Positions 40,410-55,482 of a DNA stretch of 64,000 nt are shown here, one piece after another. Origin of the DNA: the human T2T-CHM13v2.0 reference genome, Homo sapiens; assembly GCF_009914755.1 (NCBI RefSeq), contig NC_060938.1, one strand, 5' to 3'. Both the position numbers and the translations under genes were made by a program. Within the stretch, counting starts at the first letter, position 1, and every line of letters starts with the position of its first letter. The notes below the pieces were generated by a model that was not told the DNA's origin, ran no database searches, and saw only the letters and a list, made by a program, of their open reading frames with translations.

Positions 40410-42370
40410 GATTGTTTCACTTTTGTAGAGGCATATGGGAGTTAGGCAGCCTTGTGCTTTTCATACTATGTTCTTGTTTAATTTCTGGGGTTTTTTGTTT
40501 GTATTTTTGTTATCCATGTACATCTTTTGAAACTGAAAAAATGGTGATCAGATGATTTACAAGAAACTTTGATTAACAATTACACTAGCACAACTTTGTT
40601 AAATTTCCCTAGGAGAAGACAACAGCCTCAAATGCAGTGGGAAAAAAAAGCAAAATCTGCCTGCTTCCACATTGTTTTCAAGGAGAGCACTTGAACAAAA
40701 TGGTACTATTTGGACAATAAATAGATGGGTACCAATTCTAGACAAGCACAAGCAAAAAGAAAACAGGGCTGGCAGTATTCGCATGGGGGCAATTTCAAGA
40801 CAGAAAGCATTAAGTGGACAAAAGGTGATATTTTGTAATGGTAGGGGTTAGAATCCACCAAGAATTTATACAGCCATGGTTCTTTACGTATGGAAAATTA
40901 GCGCCGAAATTGGTAAAGGAAAAACTGTTAGGAGATAAAAGAATTAAAGAATAAGGCAAAAAATATTAGTACTTAGAAAATTATAATAGCCAATGGTATA
41001 ATTTAAGGTATGAAAATAAAACAAACAAAAGTCTGCACCTGCAAAGGAAACTTGAAAGGCAGGGCTGTTGGGGATGGGGTGTGTGTGGTGGTGAAAGGGG
41101 TACAGATAGTTTATCCTAATCATAGGTTTTAATCACTTTCTTGTAGAAGGAAGGAAAAGTTTTATTTCTGTGACACCATCTCATTGTAAAATCCAGTAAA
41201 ATTGAAAACTTTGAGATAAATGTATTATCAGGAGTTACAGCCATAACTTTTAGTATGTGAGCTATAAATTCTGTTCTTATCACTAAGTCACTGAGAACTA
41301 AGGCTGCTGATTTTCCCAACATAGTAAAACAGAGCGACCTGACCAAAAAATGAAAAACATTTTTATGGACTTTTATTCTCCTTCCTGCAACCCTAATCTC
41401 CTTCCTTCCTTCATAGATTCTAGTCTATCTAAGAAATTCTAGGTGGATGGTTTGCTTTCTCTGAGGGAAGCTAAGATTGAGGCCAAAAGGAGATCTGCTA
41501 GGTACCTGTGCAAACGTCAGGTGGGACAGTGAATAGAAAGTAGGCATGCAGGGGACCGAGAAAGATAGGCTCTGGGCATCACAAACAGCTTTTCCAACTC
41601 TAGAGACTTGAAAGATGTATTTGGAGTTACATCTAAGTCAGAAGAGTACATCTTGTTTATCCCCCCAAAAAGCCTCCTGGTATATACCTTTTAGTCAAAT
41701 AGCATTGTGATCTTGTCACAATATATGGACAACAGATATTTTCAGTTCATTTGATACTTAACATAGAACATATTAATGTGCCATTTTATCAGAAACCTGT
41801 AAAGGAGTTTAATAATGGATAACTAGAATGAACATAAGTGGTAGCAGGTCCTTACTCTCATCCCCCCTCCCACTTTTCATAATGTACTGATTTGAAATGT
41901 TCGTGAAATCAATACAGACAAATTAACTCAGTGAGCAGCTTCTCCCCAGTCTCTTGCTGCAGTGATGAGAAGCCTCTTTCTGGATCTACTTGTTTCCAGA
42001 TGGTAGACAAGGCTTATTCTGACACATGGACTGAAAACAGGGCAGACCAGCAGTCGGAATCTTCCCTGCTTAGTGTCTTAATCTATAGTAAGACCTCAAA
42101 GAATTAGATTCCCTAGCATGAGGAATTTTTCTTACTGGATTTTTTAATGCCACTATATGGCAGTGATTAAATAGCAAGTTCAAGTGATTAAATCTGGTCC
42201 ATCTCTATACTTTTCCTTTACAATTGCTATCAGGTTTTGTAAGTAAGGAAGTGGAGGCATTTTTGTAAGTGTGTTAACTCTCAAAGCCCACAAAAGTATG
42301 TTTTTAAACTTAGGGATCAAGTTGTGTGGATCCGATTTCAGACCCCCAGAGGTTCTTCCAATGTGTCTAA

Positions 42371-42913
<543 letters not shown>

Positions 42914-42917
42914 AGCA

Positions 42918-43112
42918 GCATGTTTTCTTTGAAGTGTTGTTCAGGGGTCTCTTGCATCAGAATGTCCTGAACTGCTTGTTGGGAATGCAGTATCCTGATC
43001 CTACCCTCCAGATTCTGATTCAGTAAGCCTGGACTGAGCCTTGGAAATCTGCATTTTATTTAGCATAATGTCCTGGGGGCTTGGGGGCTCCCCAAAGTTT
43101 GAAAACCACCGC
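42918..43112. mobile_element. MER5A hAT-Charlie MITE
   Basis: GCATCAGAAT...GATTCTGATTCAGTAAG...AAATCTGCATTTT...AAAGTTTGAAAACCAC. Confidence 0.8.
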
Positions 43113-44169
43113 TAAGGGCTATTATGTTTCTGTAGGCAAACCTATTTTTCTGTTTTCATTTTATGTCATACAAAGTAGGAGTTTAAGAATTTATTTTTGG
43201 TGAAACTAGAACACTGTCTTCAAATTAATAAGAGCCTTGTTGTGTAGGAGAAATATTCTCTTCAAAATCTCTCCACGAAATTGATCTCAAAAAGACTGGC
43301 TGAGTCAAATGCTAAACAGATCTGTCCTGTATCTGGCTGCCACCTGTCAAAATTGCTGACCTTACACTTATGTATTCAAATGCTTCCTGGAAGTCAAAAC
43401 ATATTTTCAAAAGTTTCTAGTGGAAAAGAACTAAGCCTGTCGCTTGGTTTTAAAAGGTGGAAATTGAGATAAGACCGAATGGTTGAGATTAATTTCACAT
43501 CACAAGAATAGGGGTGAGAAGAGAATAGCAATTTCCATAACTTCTATCATTTATCTTTTAGGTTGAGGATACTGTGAAATAATCCTTCCCTTTCCAACCA
43601 ACATGAAGATGACTGATACACCCATCATACTGAAGGATTCCTACTGTGTCAGAGATTACATTATATTAAGTCCTTACAGAAATATAAAGAGTATAACCTT
43701 CAAAAAACTGGGAATTGTTAAATTATACATTGGATTTTGGGGGCTATTGTTTGGGAGGTTTTGTTTTGTTTTGTTTTGTTTTTCCTTCTTTCATAACAGT
43801 TCGCTCAATTAACTATACCAGAGGCATCTTTGGCTGCAAAGGTGGAGGAATCACTGTGCTCGAAGATGACAGTTCTACACCTTGGCCTGACAGTTTTGAG
43901 ATTCTTGCTTCTAAAATAAGATGGAACCTGAAAGATGGGATGATTCTAGCATACTAAGTATTTGACTTTAATTGGAATCATTGAACGTCCCTTGAATTTT
44001 TTTTCTCATTGGTATTGGATTCTGTTGTCTTTACTGATGGAAATTTCTTTTCCTTCCATTCTTGGTTCATGACAAACCACCAACTGTCCACGCATGATCT
44101 CCTTTCATTTTACTTGTATTTGAAATGAAAACCTGTGAGTGCAATGCCTAATCTAAGAATCAGAACATT

Positions 44170-44830
44170 ATTCTTTTATACCCCTATCTCTGTAATTCTC
44201 CTTTATCTTACTCCTTCACCTCCCCATCCCTCTGCCACCAGAGGTAACCACCATTCTGAACATTGTTTATCATTCTCTTGCTTCACCCCTACATATCTAC
44301 ATGTAGCCTTAAGCAATACATTGTTTCATTTTGCCTGGCTTTGAACTTTATGAAGAGGTATCATCCCTGGCTTATATGATCTCTTGAGACTTGCTGTTTC
44401 ACTCAGCCTTATATTCCTAAGATTCATCCATGCTGTCATTGCTGTGTAGTATTTTTATTTGTGCTTATACTGCAGTTTTTCTATAAATGTTAGTATAGGT
44501 TATACTATGATTTATCAATACTCATGTCATTGGGCATTCAGGGTGTTTCCTGTTTTTGTATCTATGAGCAGAGCTGTTAGTAAGCATTTGCGTCTCCTGG
44601 CATGCATGTGCCGAGGTTTCCCTTGTGTCTATGCTTAGAGGAAGTACAGCAACCACTGCTGTGTTGTGGTGTATGAAATCATTCAACTTTACAAAAGAAT
44701 GGGAAAGCGCTTTCAGGGTCGCTATATCCATTTACACTTCCACCAGAGGTGCAGAAAAGATCCTATCAGTTCACCTCTTCACCAACTCTTTGTATTTTCA
44801 GACATCAATTTTTTTTTTGCCAATTTTGTG
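44170..44830 (-). mobile_element. Old L1ME/MD 3' fragment
   Basis: CCAGAGGTAACCACCATTCTGAA...GATTCATCCATGCTG...TTTACACTTCCACCAG. Confidence 0.7.
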
Positions 44831-45029
44831 TTTATAAATCTACTGATATACTTCTTAAGTATTTTATCTATCCCTTAGGAAAAAAGGTAGGAAATAGAAT
44901 GTGGTTGCCTTCACATAGAGAGGCTAGAAAACAAAGTATCATGCCTGCTTAGTTTGATGGCACCCAAATTTTTCTCCCAGTTATCTCACTACTAGTAGTT
45001 GACATTCTTTTCTCACCCTCGCTAGAAAT

Positions 45030-45212
45030 ATGAAAACCTTGCCTCTGCACAGTGGAATCCCTTGGAACATTTAAAAAATGCTAATGTCTGGACCCCACCT
45101 CCAGAGACTCTGATTTCTTTGGAGCCCAGCATTGAACATAGGGATTTTTTTTTTTAAATAAAAGCTTCCCAGGTGATTCTAACGTGCAGTCAAGGTTGAG
45201 AATCACTGCTTT
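45030..45212. mobile_element. MER5-family MITE
   Basis: CCCAGGTGATTCTAACGTGCAGTCAAGGTTGAGAATCACTG. Confidence 0.8.
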
Positions 45213-45467
45213 AAAATACAGAAATCTTGACAAGCAAGCATAAGCTCAGGGTAGCCTGATATTGTTAATTGTTCTTTTTCTCATTTCTAAAGTACAAAGT
45301 TTGCATAATTTTGGAGAATCCTCTTGCCTCTAATTTCTAGCTCAGCAGCCTTTGAGAGTTTTTTGGTTTTTGTTTTGGTGTTTGTTGTTGGTAGAAGTAA
45401 ATAGTAGAAATTCAATAAAAGTTAGTATGGGCTAGAAATTGTGCTTGACATTTATTTTTTTCTTATA

Positions 45468-45640
45468 ACTGTGGATCTCAAAGTTTAGTGTGCATAAGAA
45501 ACACCTGGGAAGCATTTTGTTTTGTTTTACAATGCGGATTTTGATTCAGTAAGTCTTGGCGTGAGCCCCCGGGAATCTGTGTTCTAACAAAGTGATTATG
45601 ATGTAGGTGGTTCTAGAATCACCTTTGGATAAAAACTGCC
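45468..45640. mobile_element. MER5-family MITE, followed by MIR to about 45790
   Basis: TCTCAAAGTTTAGTGTGCATAAGAAACACCTGGG...TGATTCAGTAAGTCT. Confidence 0.7.
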
Positions 45641-46527
45641 TCATAATAATCCTACAGTATAAGCAGTATTCTCATTTACAGATGGGGGGATGTGAAGCCC
45701 AGAGAAGTTAAGAAGCCTGCGCCGTGTCACAGAGCTCCCTAGGGGACTAGCCTTTGCTCTGTAAGCTCTCAGCCCTGCTCATAGTATGCCTCCAACAAGG
45801 CTCTCAGAATTTAGGAAAGTCTGCTTTGGAACATGTGTTATCTTCTCTATACTTACATTCTTTCTTAATCTGCCATGACTTTCTCTCCTCATCAAAAAAC
45901 AGCCTTTAATCTCCTACCCAAATCCACCTCGTACCTGTGAGTCTTCAGGTGTGTTACACTCTGAACATGGTCCCGTGAGAGAATTTCTTATTAAAAATTG
46001 AGCTTGCAAAAAATCAAATGTGTTATATTTTTGTTCTTATTTCACCCTAAAACAATGACTTTAGTTGACAATCACTTTTATGCAACCTTAGTAATTATTT
46101 CTAAACTCATGTACAAGTGGATGGAAGTATTTCTGTGCACATTTAGAAAATTTATATTCATTGCTTGTTTCCCTCCCCTGCCACCCCACAGAGTGAGGAC
46201 TTTACCATGAAATCTGGGCCTTTGGCCTATGTATTTTTAATCATGTTCATATTGTACTGTATCTGCAACCATCTGTAATACAGCTGTATATGTTTACATG
46301 AAACACAATAAACTTTTAAGTTTAATTCCATTTGTGAGCAGATGGTAGCTTGTCAAGGAAACATTTGATCATGTTTATGTCTGTATTTGGCCACAAAAAC
46401 CTCATAATTACTCTCATTAATTACATATCCTTTTCATGTTACCTGTAATAAATGCTAAGGTATCATATGTGTTGGCCTTGTGGGATATATTTTTGTATGT
46501 AGAGACAGTCCTCTTAAGAATGTTTGC

Positions 46528-46860
<333 letters not shown>

Positions 46861-48049
46861 TTATGTCTACCTATTATGATGTCAAGGGTGTATTCCAGTT
46901 TGTATCTGTAGCTGCTACAAGAAGGGTGTCATGGGATCTGTGGTTACACTCTTACTCTTCCCATCTGGGTATTTCTGAGTGTATTTGCTCCAGGAGAGCC
47001 ACTGGTTCTGCTGGCCTACATGCAAAGTGTATCTATCTCTCTGTTAATGCGTTTCCCATGATGATACTCGCTGCTGAGATACTTCCTAGGAAGTTTTGCT
47101 TTCCTATCACCTCCTTTAAGTGCTTTCCTTTAAGTGTTCTCATTTTAACTCATTATTAAACTAGCAGACTTGATTGCAGTGAATTTTTCTTAAATAACTT
47201 AATTGTAGGGCCTTTTGCGCGTCATTTTGTGCTCCTACTTACTGCTCAGAGGTGGTACAAAGTCAGCAGCTCAAGAGACAGACCTGCCACCCATGATCTC
47301 TCCTCCAAGTTCTCAGGATGTTCAGAAAGTTAAAATTTCACTCTGTCGAGTTTCCATCTGGCTTGGCAATCAATGCCGGATTAGCTCCAAATACTCTTTC
47401 CAAGTCTCTTGAAGGATGTGCTAGCCTCTGTTTTGAATTCTACTTCAGGATCACACCATCTCTGCATGCAAGAATGACATATCTGAGTGACTGCCACTAA
47501 ACCCACATGGTGGAAGTGTTTGCTTATCCTGCTATGTGATGCTGGCTATCATATTGTCAGTTTATGAGGTGTTTTTTTTTTTTTTTGCTTGTCTTCTTCC
47601 ATGTAAGTATTTCCAGAGCAGAGGCATTGGCTTGCAGAAGGTGTGCCTGCAATCAGTCCAGCTTCCCCAGATGTGCTGAGGCTTCAACAGGGGTTTTTAA
47701 AACTTGTGCTAGAATACTCATCTTCCAAAAAATCTTTAAGTTGATGCAATATAATAGCTGCCAATTGAGCATACATTTTGAGGTAGTTTTCTTTAATGGG
47801 AGTATATGCTCATCCACACTCTCTTTCCAGTGTTAAATATTTTAAGACAGCTGGTTAGAGTTGAGGGTGCCTTTTTTTTGGTCATAAAACGATGACAGAA
47901 CTCTAAAATCACATGGTTATTTATCAACATTAAAAACATTCTTTTATATCCATTAATTAATTTATTCTTTATAACAGCTTCTGTGGAATAGGTATATAAA
48001 GGGTTTTTTTTTTTGTCTACTGTTATTTAAGAGTATCATAAAACCTGAG

Positions 48050-48370
48050 AAAGAAAAACATAATTAGTTGTCATCTAGTCTAATGCTCTCATTTTGCAGA
48101 TAAATAAATTGAAGTTCAGAGAGATGAAGTCACTCACTTATGGACCTATAGCTAGTGAATGGCCCTGAAATTGTTTCCCAGTCATGGCTGGAGGCACAAC
48201 TTTGTCTGAGACCTGACTGATACTTTTGACTATGTGATGTTGTGTCAATTATCTAACACTTCTGGACCTCAGTTTCTTTACCCATATTATGGATTATTGT
48301 GAATATTATATTAGACTACATCCAAGAATGCTATTAACCCAGGGCCTACCATCAAATAAGTAGTTAATTT
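48050..48370. mobile_element. Two MIR fragments in opposite orientation
   Basis: CATTTTGCAGATAAATAAATTGAAG followed by CTCAGTTTCTT cores. Confidence 0.55.
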
Positions 48371-48401
48371 ATATCAGCCACTTCACAGCTGCACTTATTT
48401 T

Positions 48402-48694
48402 TATTTTTATTTTTTCTGAGACAGAGTCTCGCTCTGTTGCCCATGATGGAGTACAGTGGTGTGATCTTGGCTCACTGCAACCTCTACCTCCTGGGCTCAA
48501 CTGATTCTTGTGCCTCAGCCTCCCAAGTAGCCGGGACTACAGGTGCCACCATGCCTGGCTAATTTTTGTATTTTTAGTAGAGACGGGGTTTTGCCATGTT
48601 AGCTAGGCTGGTCTTGAACTCCTGATCTCAAGTGATCCGCCTGCCTCAGCCTCCCACAGTGCTGGGATTACAGGCGTGAGCCACCGCGCCTTCC
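48402..48694 (-). mobile_element. AluS/J
   Basis: TSD GCTG(CA/TG)CTTATTTT (48388-48401 / 48696-48709). Confidence 0.95.
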
Positions 48695-49098
48695 TGCTGT
48701 GCTTATTTTCAATACTCTTTTCTCAGGGATCTTGGTAACCAGAGCAGAATGGCAGTTTTTCAGCTCTTACAATGCCTTTGTTTAGAAGTCTTGTATGTGT
48801 ATATCTGCTCCATCACTTAAAAGTTCTCCTAATGCAATTTGGAAGGGTTTAATATGGAACAAGAGCAGGGACTTTGGGATGGAGTCTAATGATAACTTGT
48901 CACATGTTCTTTTAGAAGCTGAATTAGGTAGTTTTTGCCTTACTGGTGCGCTCTCATTTAACTGTGAGGTATCCTGGCACTTCAAACAGGTACCATATGG
49001 TAACTGTTTTGTGTTTTAAGCCTGGTACTGTTTAGAACACATGCTTCAGAGAGTGGTCATTGTTTCGCTGCCACCCAGTTAAGGCATGTGTTACCTCT

Positions 49099-49457
49099 TG
49101 TTATGGATGGAATGCCTGTGAGCCCTAGGTTCCTATGTTGAAGCCCTAACCCCCAGTGTGATGGTATTTGGAGATGAGGCATTTGGGAGGTGGGTAAGGT
49201 TAGATTAGCTCATGATGGTGGGACCCTCTTGATGGGATTCATGGCCTTATAATAAGAGGCCATGTGAACACAGAGAAAAGGTCATGTAAGGACTCGGCAG
49301 AAAGGTGGCCATCTGCAAGCCAGGAAGGGAGGCCTCCCTAGAAGCCAGACACTGCCTGATCTTGATCTTGGACTTTCCAGGCTTGAGAACTGTGTTGTTT
49401 AAGCCCCTCAGTCTGTGATATTTTGTTATGGTAGCTGGGCTTGAACAGACTGAGAGA
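49099..49457 (+). mobile_element. MLT1A-like MaLR solo LTR
   Basis: TATGTTGAAGCCCTAACCCCCAGTGTGATGGTATTTGG...; TSD CCTCT (49094-49098 / 49458-49462). Confidence 0.9.
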
Positions 49458-50498
49458 CCTCTGCTGGAGTGTGCGTTGTTCAATGATTTACTTCCTTGTT
49501 TGCCTACATTATACACTTTCACTATGTCTCCACGATGGAAGAGGCATGACTGTTCAGATGCATCGGGGTTCGTCTCTACCTACCAAGGTCCTGTGCCATG
49601 AGGAGATGTCGGGCCAGGGACTCAAACAGGAGCAGTCATCCAACTCCTTTCTATTAGGTCTTTGGTGATTTAAAATCTCATATGAATCAAGAGCTGGTAG
49701 AGTGCTAATGTTCACAGGTTTTTATAGAACATTAAAGCTCTGTAATAGTTATTTTGTATGTTATATAAATAATTTCCCTGCAAGTATTTATTCATTTACT
49801 CTTCATTTACATAATTGCTTATAATCTTTTTTAATATATTCTTGTCCCCTGCGCCACCCCTCCCACCTTTTTTTTTTTTTTGCTGTGGTTCATATGCTTT
49901 TATGTAACCTGAGCTATAAAAGACTAGAATACTGCAGATATTCTATCTGCCATGTCTGTCATTTTCTTATGATGGGTACTTAGTCTACCGTATACAAATT
50001 TCTGTATAGTTACCAATGTCTTTTTAGCTATTTATTAATCTTATCTTGTTTCTTTGGCTTCTGAATCACTTTGCTGAAGTTGAAATCATCTGAGGTCAGA
50101 GCCAGTTTTTATTTAAATAGACTGAATGCAGCTAAACCTGGATTATAGCCAAGAAAGATCTTACACCAAGTGCCTACAAAATTAGAAGCATTGCCAAGGA
50201 CGCATCAGCAGAGTGTTTTGCTTACTGAAGTCTTATTCTGAAATAAATTTGAGGCCCTGGCGATGGGAGCTTTTGGTTGTTATTGGTAGACCTCCTAAAA
50301 AATGTAATGTAGTTTAATTTTACTTTTAATTTTTTTAGCATGAACTTTCTCCTTCATTTCTTCTTTCCAGAGATTTTTGGGTCTATCCATTGGTTGCCAT
50401 CTATGTGTTCAAACATGTGACTAGGTAGAAGAGAGGTAAACAGGAGTGTATTCACCTGTTATCATGGAGAAGTTATTATTCAAGACCTGTAAGGGGAA

Positions 50499-50864
50499 TG
50501 TGGCAGTCCTAAAGGCTGCAAATATTCTGGCAGCATTGTAGGATTGCACTTTCCCTCCTCCTCTGAAGGTAGATGGGAGCCATGTGTCTTGCTGTGGCTA
50601 ATGAAATGTGAGCAAAGTGTTGCAAGCTTTAAGAGCCAGTGCATGATTCATCATGTTCCCATCCCATTGCCACAGTGTTTGTGAAAGCGAGTGTTGAGAT
50701 GGACCCTTTGTTTTCTGGGTCCTTAATTGACTGTGGTAAGATAAATTATTGACAACCTGTACTAGACATATATCTTCAGCAGTATCCTTTGGTTGGGATT
50801 TTGTTGAGATAAGGGTCCGTGATTTGGCATACTCAGTGTAACCTAACCTATTCTGATTCTTATA
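50499..50864 (+). mobile_element. Old MLT1 (I/J-like) solo LTR
   Basis: GGCTAATGAAATGTGAGC...CTTTAAGAGCCAGTGC; TSD GGGAA (50494-50498 / 50865-50869). Confidence 0.75.
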
Positions 50865-51351
50865 GGGAATCAGAGAAGTGTCCTTACACTCAGGGAGCTT
50901 GTGATTTAATATAGTTGAGAAGATGTGTTTGCATAATGAAGAAGGAACCAGCTGCTTAACTGTACTCTTTATTTAGCCACATTACTGAACAAGAGACAAG
51001 CTGATTATAGCATAATATTGAGATTTTGAGTATATTCCTGAGACCCTGGTTTCAACTGGAAAAGTAACTTTTTTTTTTTCCTTGACACTTTCAGATCACA
51101 ATTGATCAAAACACCTATGCAAGGAATTAAACTTGCTACAAATAAGCCACTAGATGCATGATACCTTTAAAAAAGACCAATTATGAGTTATCTTTTATTG
51201 TTCTTTTTATATTAAAAATCTGCATGGGAAATGGAATGAGAATATTTATAACAGTACAGATTTGCTATGATGGTGTCTATTAATCAAAGTTCTTTATTTT
51301 TTAGTATGTGGGGACGACACATACTCATGGCTAATATTGGTGAAATTGCTA

Positions 51352-53850
51352 ATTCATTCATTCTTTATTTGGTGATTCACTCCACAAACATTTATTGGGC
51401 ATTTGGTATAAACCAGGCATAGCTCTCAATGCTGCTGGTACAGCAAGAAACAAGACAGAGCCTCTGACTTTGTGTCTTACATTTTAGTGAGAGAATTGGG
51501 TAATAAGCAAACAAAGAAAGGTACAGTGTGGTATCAATGATGAGAGTTATAAAGACAAAGCAGAGAAATGAGACAGACAGTGCAAGGTGTGTGATCTCAC
51601 ATAGAGTGGTCAGGAAAGGCTGCTTTCAGAAGGTGACATTTGAACAAGAAATTGAAGAAAGCAGGGAGAAAAGCCATGTGACTGCCCTGAGGAAGAATCC
51701 TTCAAGTGGCATAAATAGCCATTTCAAAGACCCTGAGGCAGGGATGTAGTAGGATGTTTGAAGAACAGCAAAGAGACCAGTGTGGCTGGAAGAAGGGTGA
51801 GCAAGTGAGGAGAGGTGGGTAGGAGATGAAGCCAGAGACGTGGTCAAGAGCCACAGAACCAGGGCCTGCCCTGCCTCTGATGAAAAGGCACTGGGATTTT
51901 GAATGTGAGAGAACCATGACCTGCTTTATGTTGGAAACTGATGTAGTCTGTGGAGGGCAAGAAAACAAACAGACCAGCAAGGAGACTTTTGCATGAGTCC
52001 AAATTGGAGATGATGGAGTTTGGACACAGTTGGCAAGTGTGGTGGTTGTGAGATGTGTTGGGTTCAAGATATCTTTTGAAAATATTGCTATTAGGACTTT
52101 GTGATTTGTTGTGGACTTTGGCCTGAGCATCTGATTGACTGATGATGCTATTTTCTCAGATGAGGAGAATGTTCAAGATGTTGTTACCTATTTAAGAGAA
52201 GGTGGCCATTGCATATTGCATATGTGAGCCTGGACTTCAGGGGAAAGTTTAGGACTGGAGATAGGCGGTTGGTCATTCAATGGATAGGTGGATTTGAATC
52301 CATGAGATTGGATGAGATTCTTTTTTGTTTGTTTGTTTCTGAGACATAGTCTTGCTCTGTCATCCGGGCTAGAGTACAGTAGCACGATCTCAACTCACTG
52401 CACCCTCTGCCACCCAGGTTCAAGCATTCGTGCCTCAGCCTCTGAGTAGCTGAGATTTACAGATGTGCACCACCACGCCCAGGTAATTTCTGTATTTTTA
52501 GCAGAGACAGGGTTTTGGCATGTTGGCCAGGCTGATCCCGAACTTCTGGCCTCAAGTGATCTGCCCGCCTCGGCCTCCAAAGTGCTGAGATTACAATCAT
52601 GCGCCACCACGCCTGGCCTGGATGAAATTCTTGAGGAAAGGAGGGTACCGAGAGGAGAAAAGATGTTGAAGAACTGAATCTGGGGTGCTCCCAACAGTTA
52701 GAGGTTGAAGAGCTGAAGAGGAACCAGTAAAGGGGACCGAAAAGGAGCAGCCATTGAGGAGAGAGGACAGCCAGACAAGTGAAGTGATCCACAGCTACAT
52801 GAAGACAGTGCCAAGGAGGAAGGAGAAATGAGAAATGAAAATACTACTGAGAGGTTGAGGGCCTGGGCTGAGACTGGAACACAGGATATAGCAGCATGGA
52901 GATCATGGTGACATTGACAATATCATGTCATTGATTGGGTGGGGGCACAAGCTTGATTGAAGCTGGTTCAAGTGAGAATAAGAGATGAGGAAATAAAGAT
53001 AGGATATACGTTTCTTGAGAGATTTTTGCTGTGGGGTGAGAGGTAAGGGAGGATAGCTATTTAGGATGTGAAGTCAGAAAAATTTAATTTTTTAAAGATG
53101 GGGGTTATATTACACTTGAAAGCTGATCATTATTTAGTAGAGATAAAGAAATTGACAGAAGCATCTCCTTAAGTAGGCAAGAGGGGATGGGACCTAGTGT
53201 AAGTGGTGGGTTGGCTGCTGCATTAGCTGGAGTTAAGGCATTGCATGTTCTAGATTTGTACGGAGACATATAGGTGAATGCACACACTTATGGGAAGATA
53301 CTGTTATTATCTTCTGCTTGCCTTTGTTTTCTAAGAAATAGAATCAAGATCATCAGATGGGTGTGAGTAAGGGGTCATTTCTAGGAGTAGGAGTGTAAGT
53401 TGGCCAAGAAAGTGTAATAAGATTGCTGAGCAGAACTGAAAGCACATTGAGATTACTATCATATCTTTAAAGCAAAATCAGCCAGTGTAGTTCTTTGTTT
53501 TTCTCTAGATTGTGTCATTTGCTGTGGTGTAGGGAGAGAGTCTAAGGATTCTCTCGTAGGTAATCATGGTCATAGTTTTGCAATCTGAATAATGTGGAAG
53601 TGGAGATGGGCAGCCGTGCAGTAGGGCACTTGCAAGGGAGCAATTTTTGGGAGTGCCAAAGGCCAGGCTGGAAGAGGTGAAGGAGGAGGGAGTGATTTTT
53701 GGGTGGTGCCCTAGACCAGGCTGAAGGAGGTGAAGGAGGAGGGTGAAGACATAAAGTGGGGAACGGACCATGGAGAGGAGGTCAAGTCAATGGATCCAGA
53801 GGGCACTGATGCCAAATTGTTGACAGGCATGAGAGGGAATGAGCTGGAAA
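51352..53850 (-). mobile_element. Long L2 (L2a-like) fragment
   Basis: ATTCATTCATTC 3' end, then AGGTGACATTTGAAC, AGACCAGTGTGGCTGGA, GAGATTGGATGAG; far boundary approximate. Confidence 0.8.
52323..52618 (-). mobile_element. Alu (J/early S) inside L2
   Basis: TSD TGGATGA(G/A)ATTCTT (52309-52322 / 52619-52632). Confidence 0.95.
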
Positions 53851-55255
53851 TTCCTTTGAAATAAAAAGTTGGCAGCTTTCCTCAAGCTTAATCTCAAAAG
53901 AGACATTTAAAAATTACTTACTTTTGCTGCATGGTTGGGGAAAAATGTATTTTTCAAGCATGAGTTCAACTCATTTTGTACCAGGGTATTCACACTGATA
54001 TTCTTGGGTAAGTCATTAAAATTAGTCAACTATTTCTGTGTCTTCACCCACAAAAGGAGACGTGTGAGAAGTGAATACTTAGTGATTGTTAGATTCCACT
54101 GAATCTCACTGCTTTGTTGCAGTTTAACGAGCAGGCTAGGATTGCAGCGCTGTCATTTCAGTTGGGCCACCAAGCCTTGAATGAGGAGATAAAACTGGAA
54201 GATAAAGTCTTAGTAGGTACAACAAAAGAAGCTTTTGAGAGATCGTTGGATAGATGTCATCTATTTGGTTGCTAAATAATAACACACAAAGAAATCTCTC
54301 TACTGTTTATCATGTGTACTTATCTTGAGAAGCATCAGTGATTAAAAAAACAACTTTGAAAACATAAAAATGGTGAAGTGTGGCAATGGTATCATGTGGC
54401 AACGGTAAAATGTGTTTACCCATGTAAATATAATGTCACAAATGAATCTTGTCATTATATTTTGTAGTATCTTGGAGGTTACTGGCCAGAACTATTATAA
54501 TAGTCAGATTCATTTCATATTTATTTAAAATCCGCGGTGTTTTCACATACATTGTGTTTTTAGGGGAAATTTTACCAATGATTAACATATATTGTCTAGA
54601 AGCAGAGCCATCTGAATTGAAACTCAAATATAATTGCCACTTTTATTAAATATACAACTGGCAGACTTTGAAAATGTTATCTCAGCATCTAGCATTGGCT
54701 TCATTTTGGTTTCTCATTTTCCTATTTTATTTTGTTCAGTTTAGCAGGGGACAGTGGGGAACAGGGTTACAAATTGCATTTTTTCCTGCATTATTGGTTT
54801 TTGTCAAGTGGTTTACAGGCCAAAGTTTGTGGATCTGCCAGAGGCTTTATCCCAAAACTATAGGCAACAGCTATTTCTTGAAATAATTTTAGATAGATTT
54901 CTACATTGATTTATGTTTTGGGGTATATGATGCACAATCCCTTAAGTCTTAATATGACTATTGGTTTAATATGGCAGAATTAGGATCAGGTTCACTCATT
55001 GTTTATTATAATTTACCCATGCTTGACTACCCAATAAAATGTCTTCCCTTTACAATGATCTTTTTCTATTGCCATATTCTTCTTGTCCTTAAAACAACAA
55101 TAACAGATCCTCAAACGTCATTGGGGTTAATAAAAGATGTTTCTTTATTTTCAGATCTTTAACAAAGCTTCTCCTTAACCCAGAGGGTTTTCAGAGGAGT
55201 AAAGAGTGGAAGTCATTTGTACATGAATTGGCTTTTGAAAGTGGCCCTCATTATT

Positions 55256-55482
55256 TTATTTTATTTTATTTTATTTTTTTATTATACTTTAAGTTTTAGG
55301 GTACATGTGCACAATGTGCAGGTTAGTTACATATGTATACATGTGCCATGCTGGTGTGCTGCACCCACTAACTCATCATCTAGCATTAGGTATATCTCCC
55401 GATGCTATCCCTCCCCCCCTCCCCCCAGCCCACAACAGTCCCCAGAGTGTGATGTTCCCCTTCATGTGCATCATTTTTTATG
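55256..55482 (-). mobile_element. Young, very short L1PA2-like insertion
   Basis: GGTTAGTTACATATG, CACTAACTCATCATCTAGC and CAGTCCCCAGAGTGTG; perfect 17-bp TSD AAGTGGCCCTCATTATT (55239-55255 / 55483-55499). Confidence 0.92.

Noticed and set aside
50371-50435. Strong acceptor TTCTTTCCAG|
   Set aside because: Only weak donors (GTAGAA, GTAAAC) follow
54426-54462. AT-rich bulged hairpin
   Set aside because: Short and low-complexity; plausible by chance
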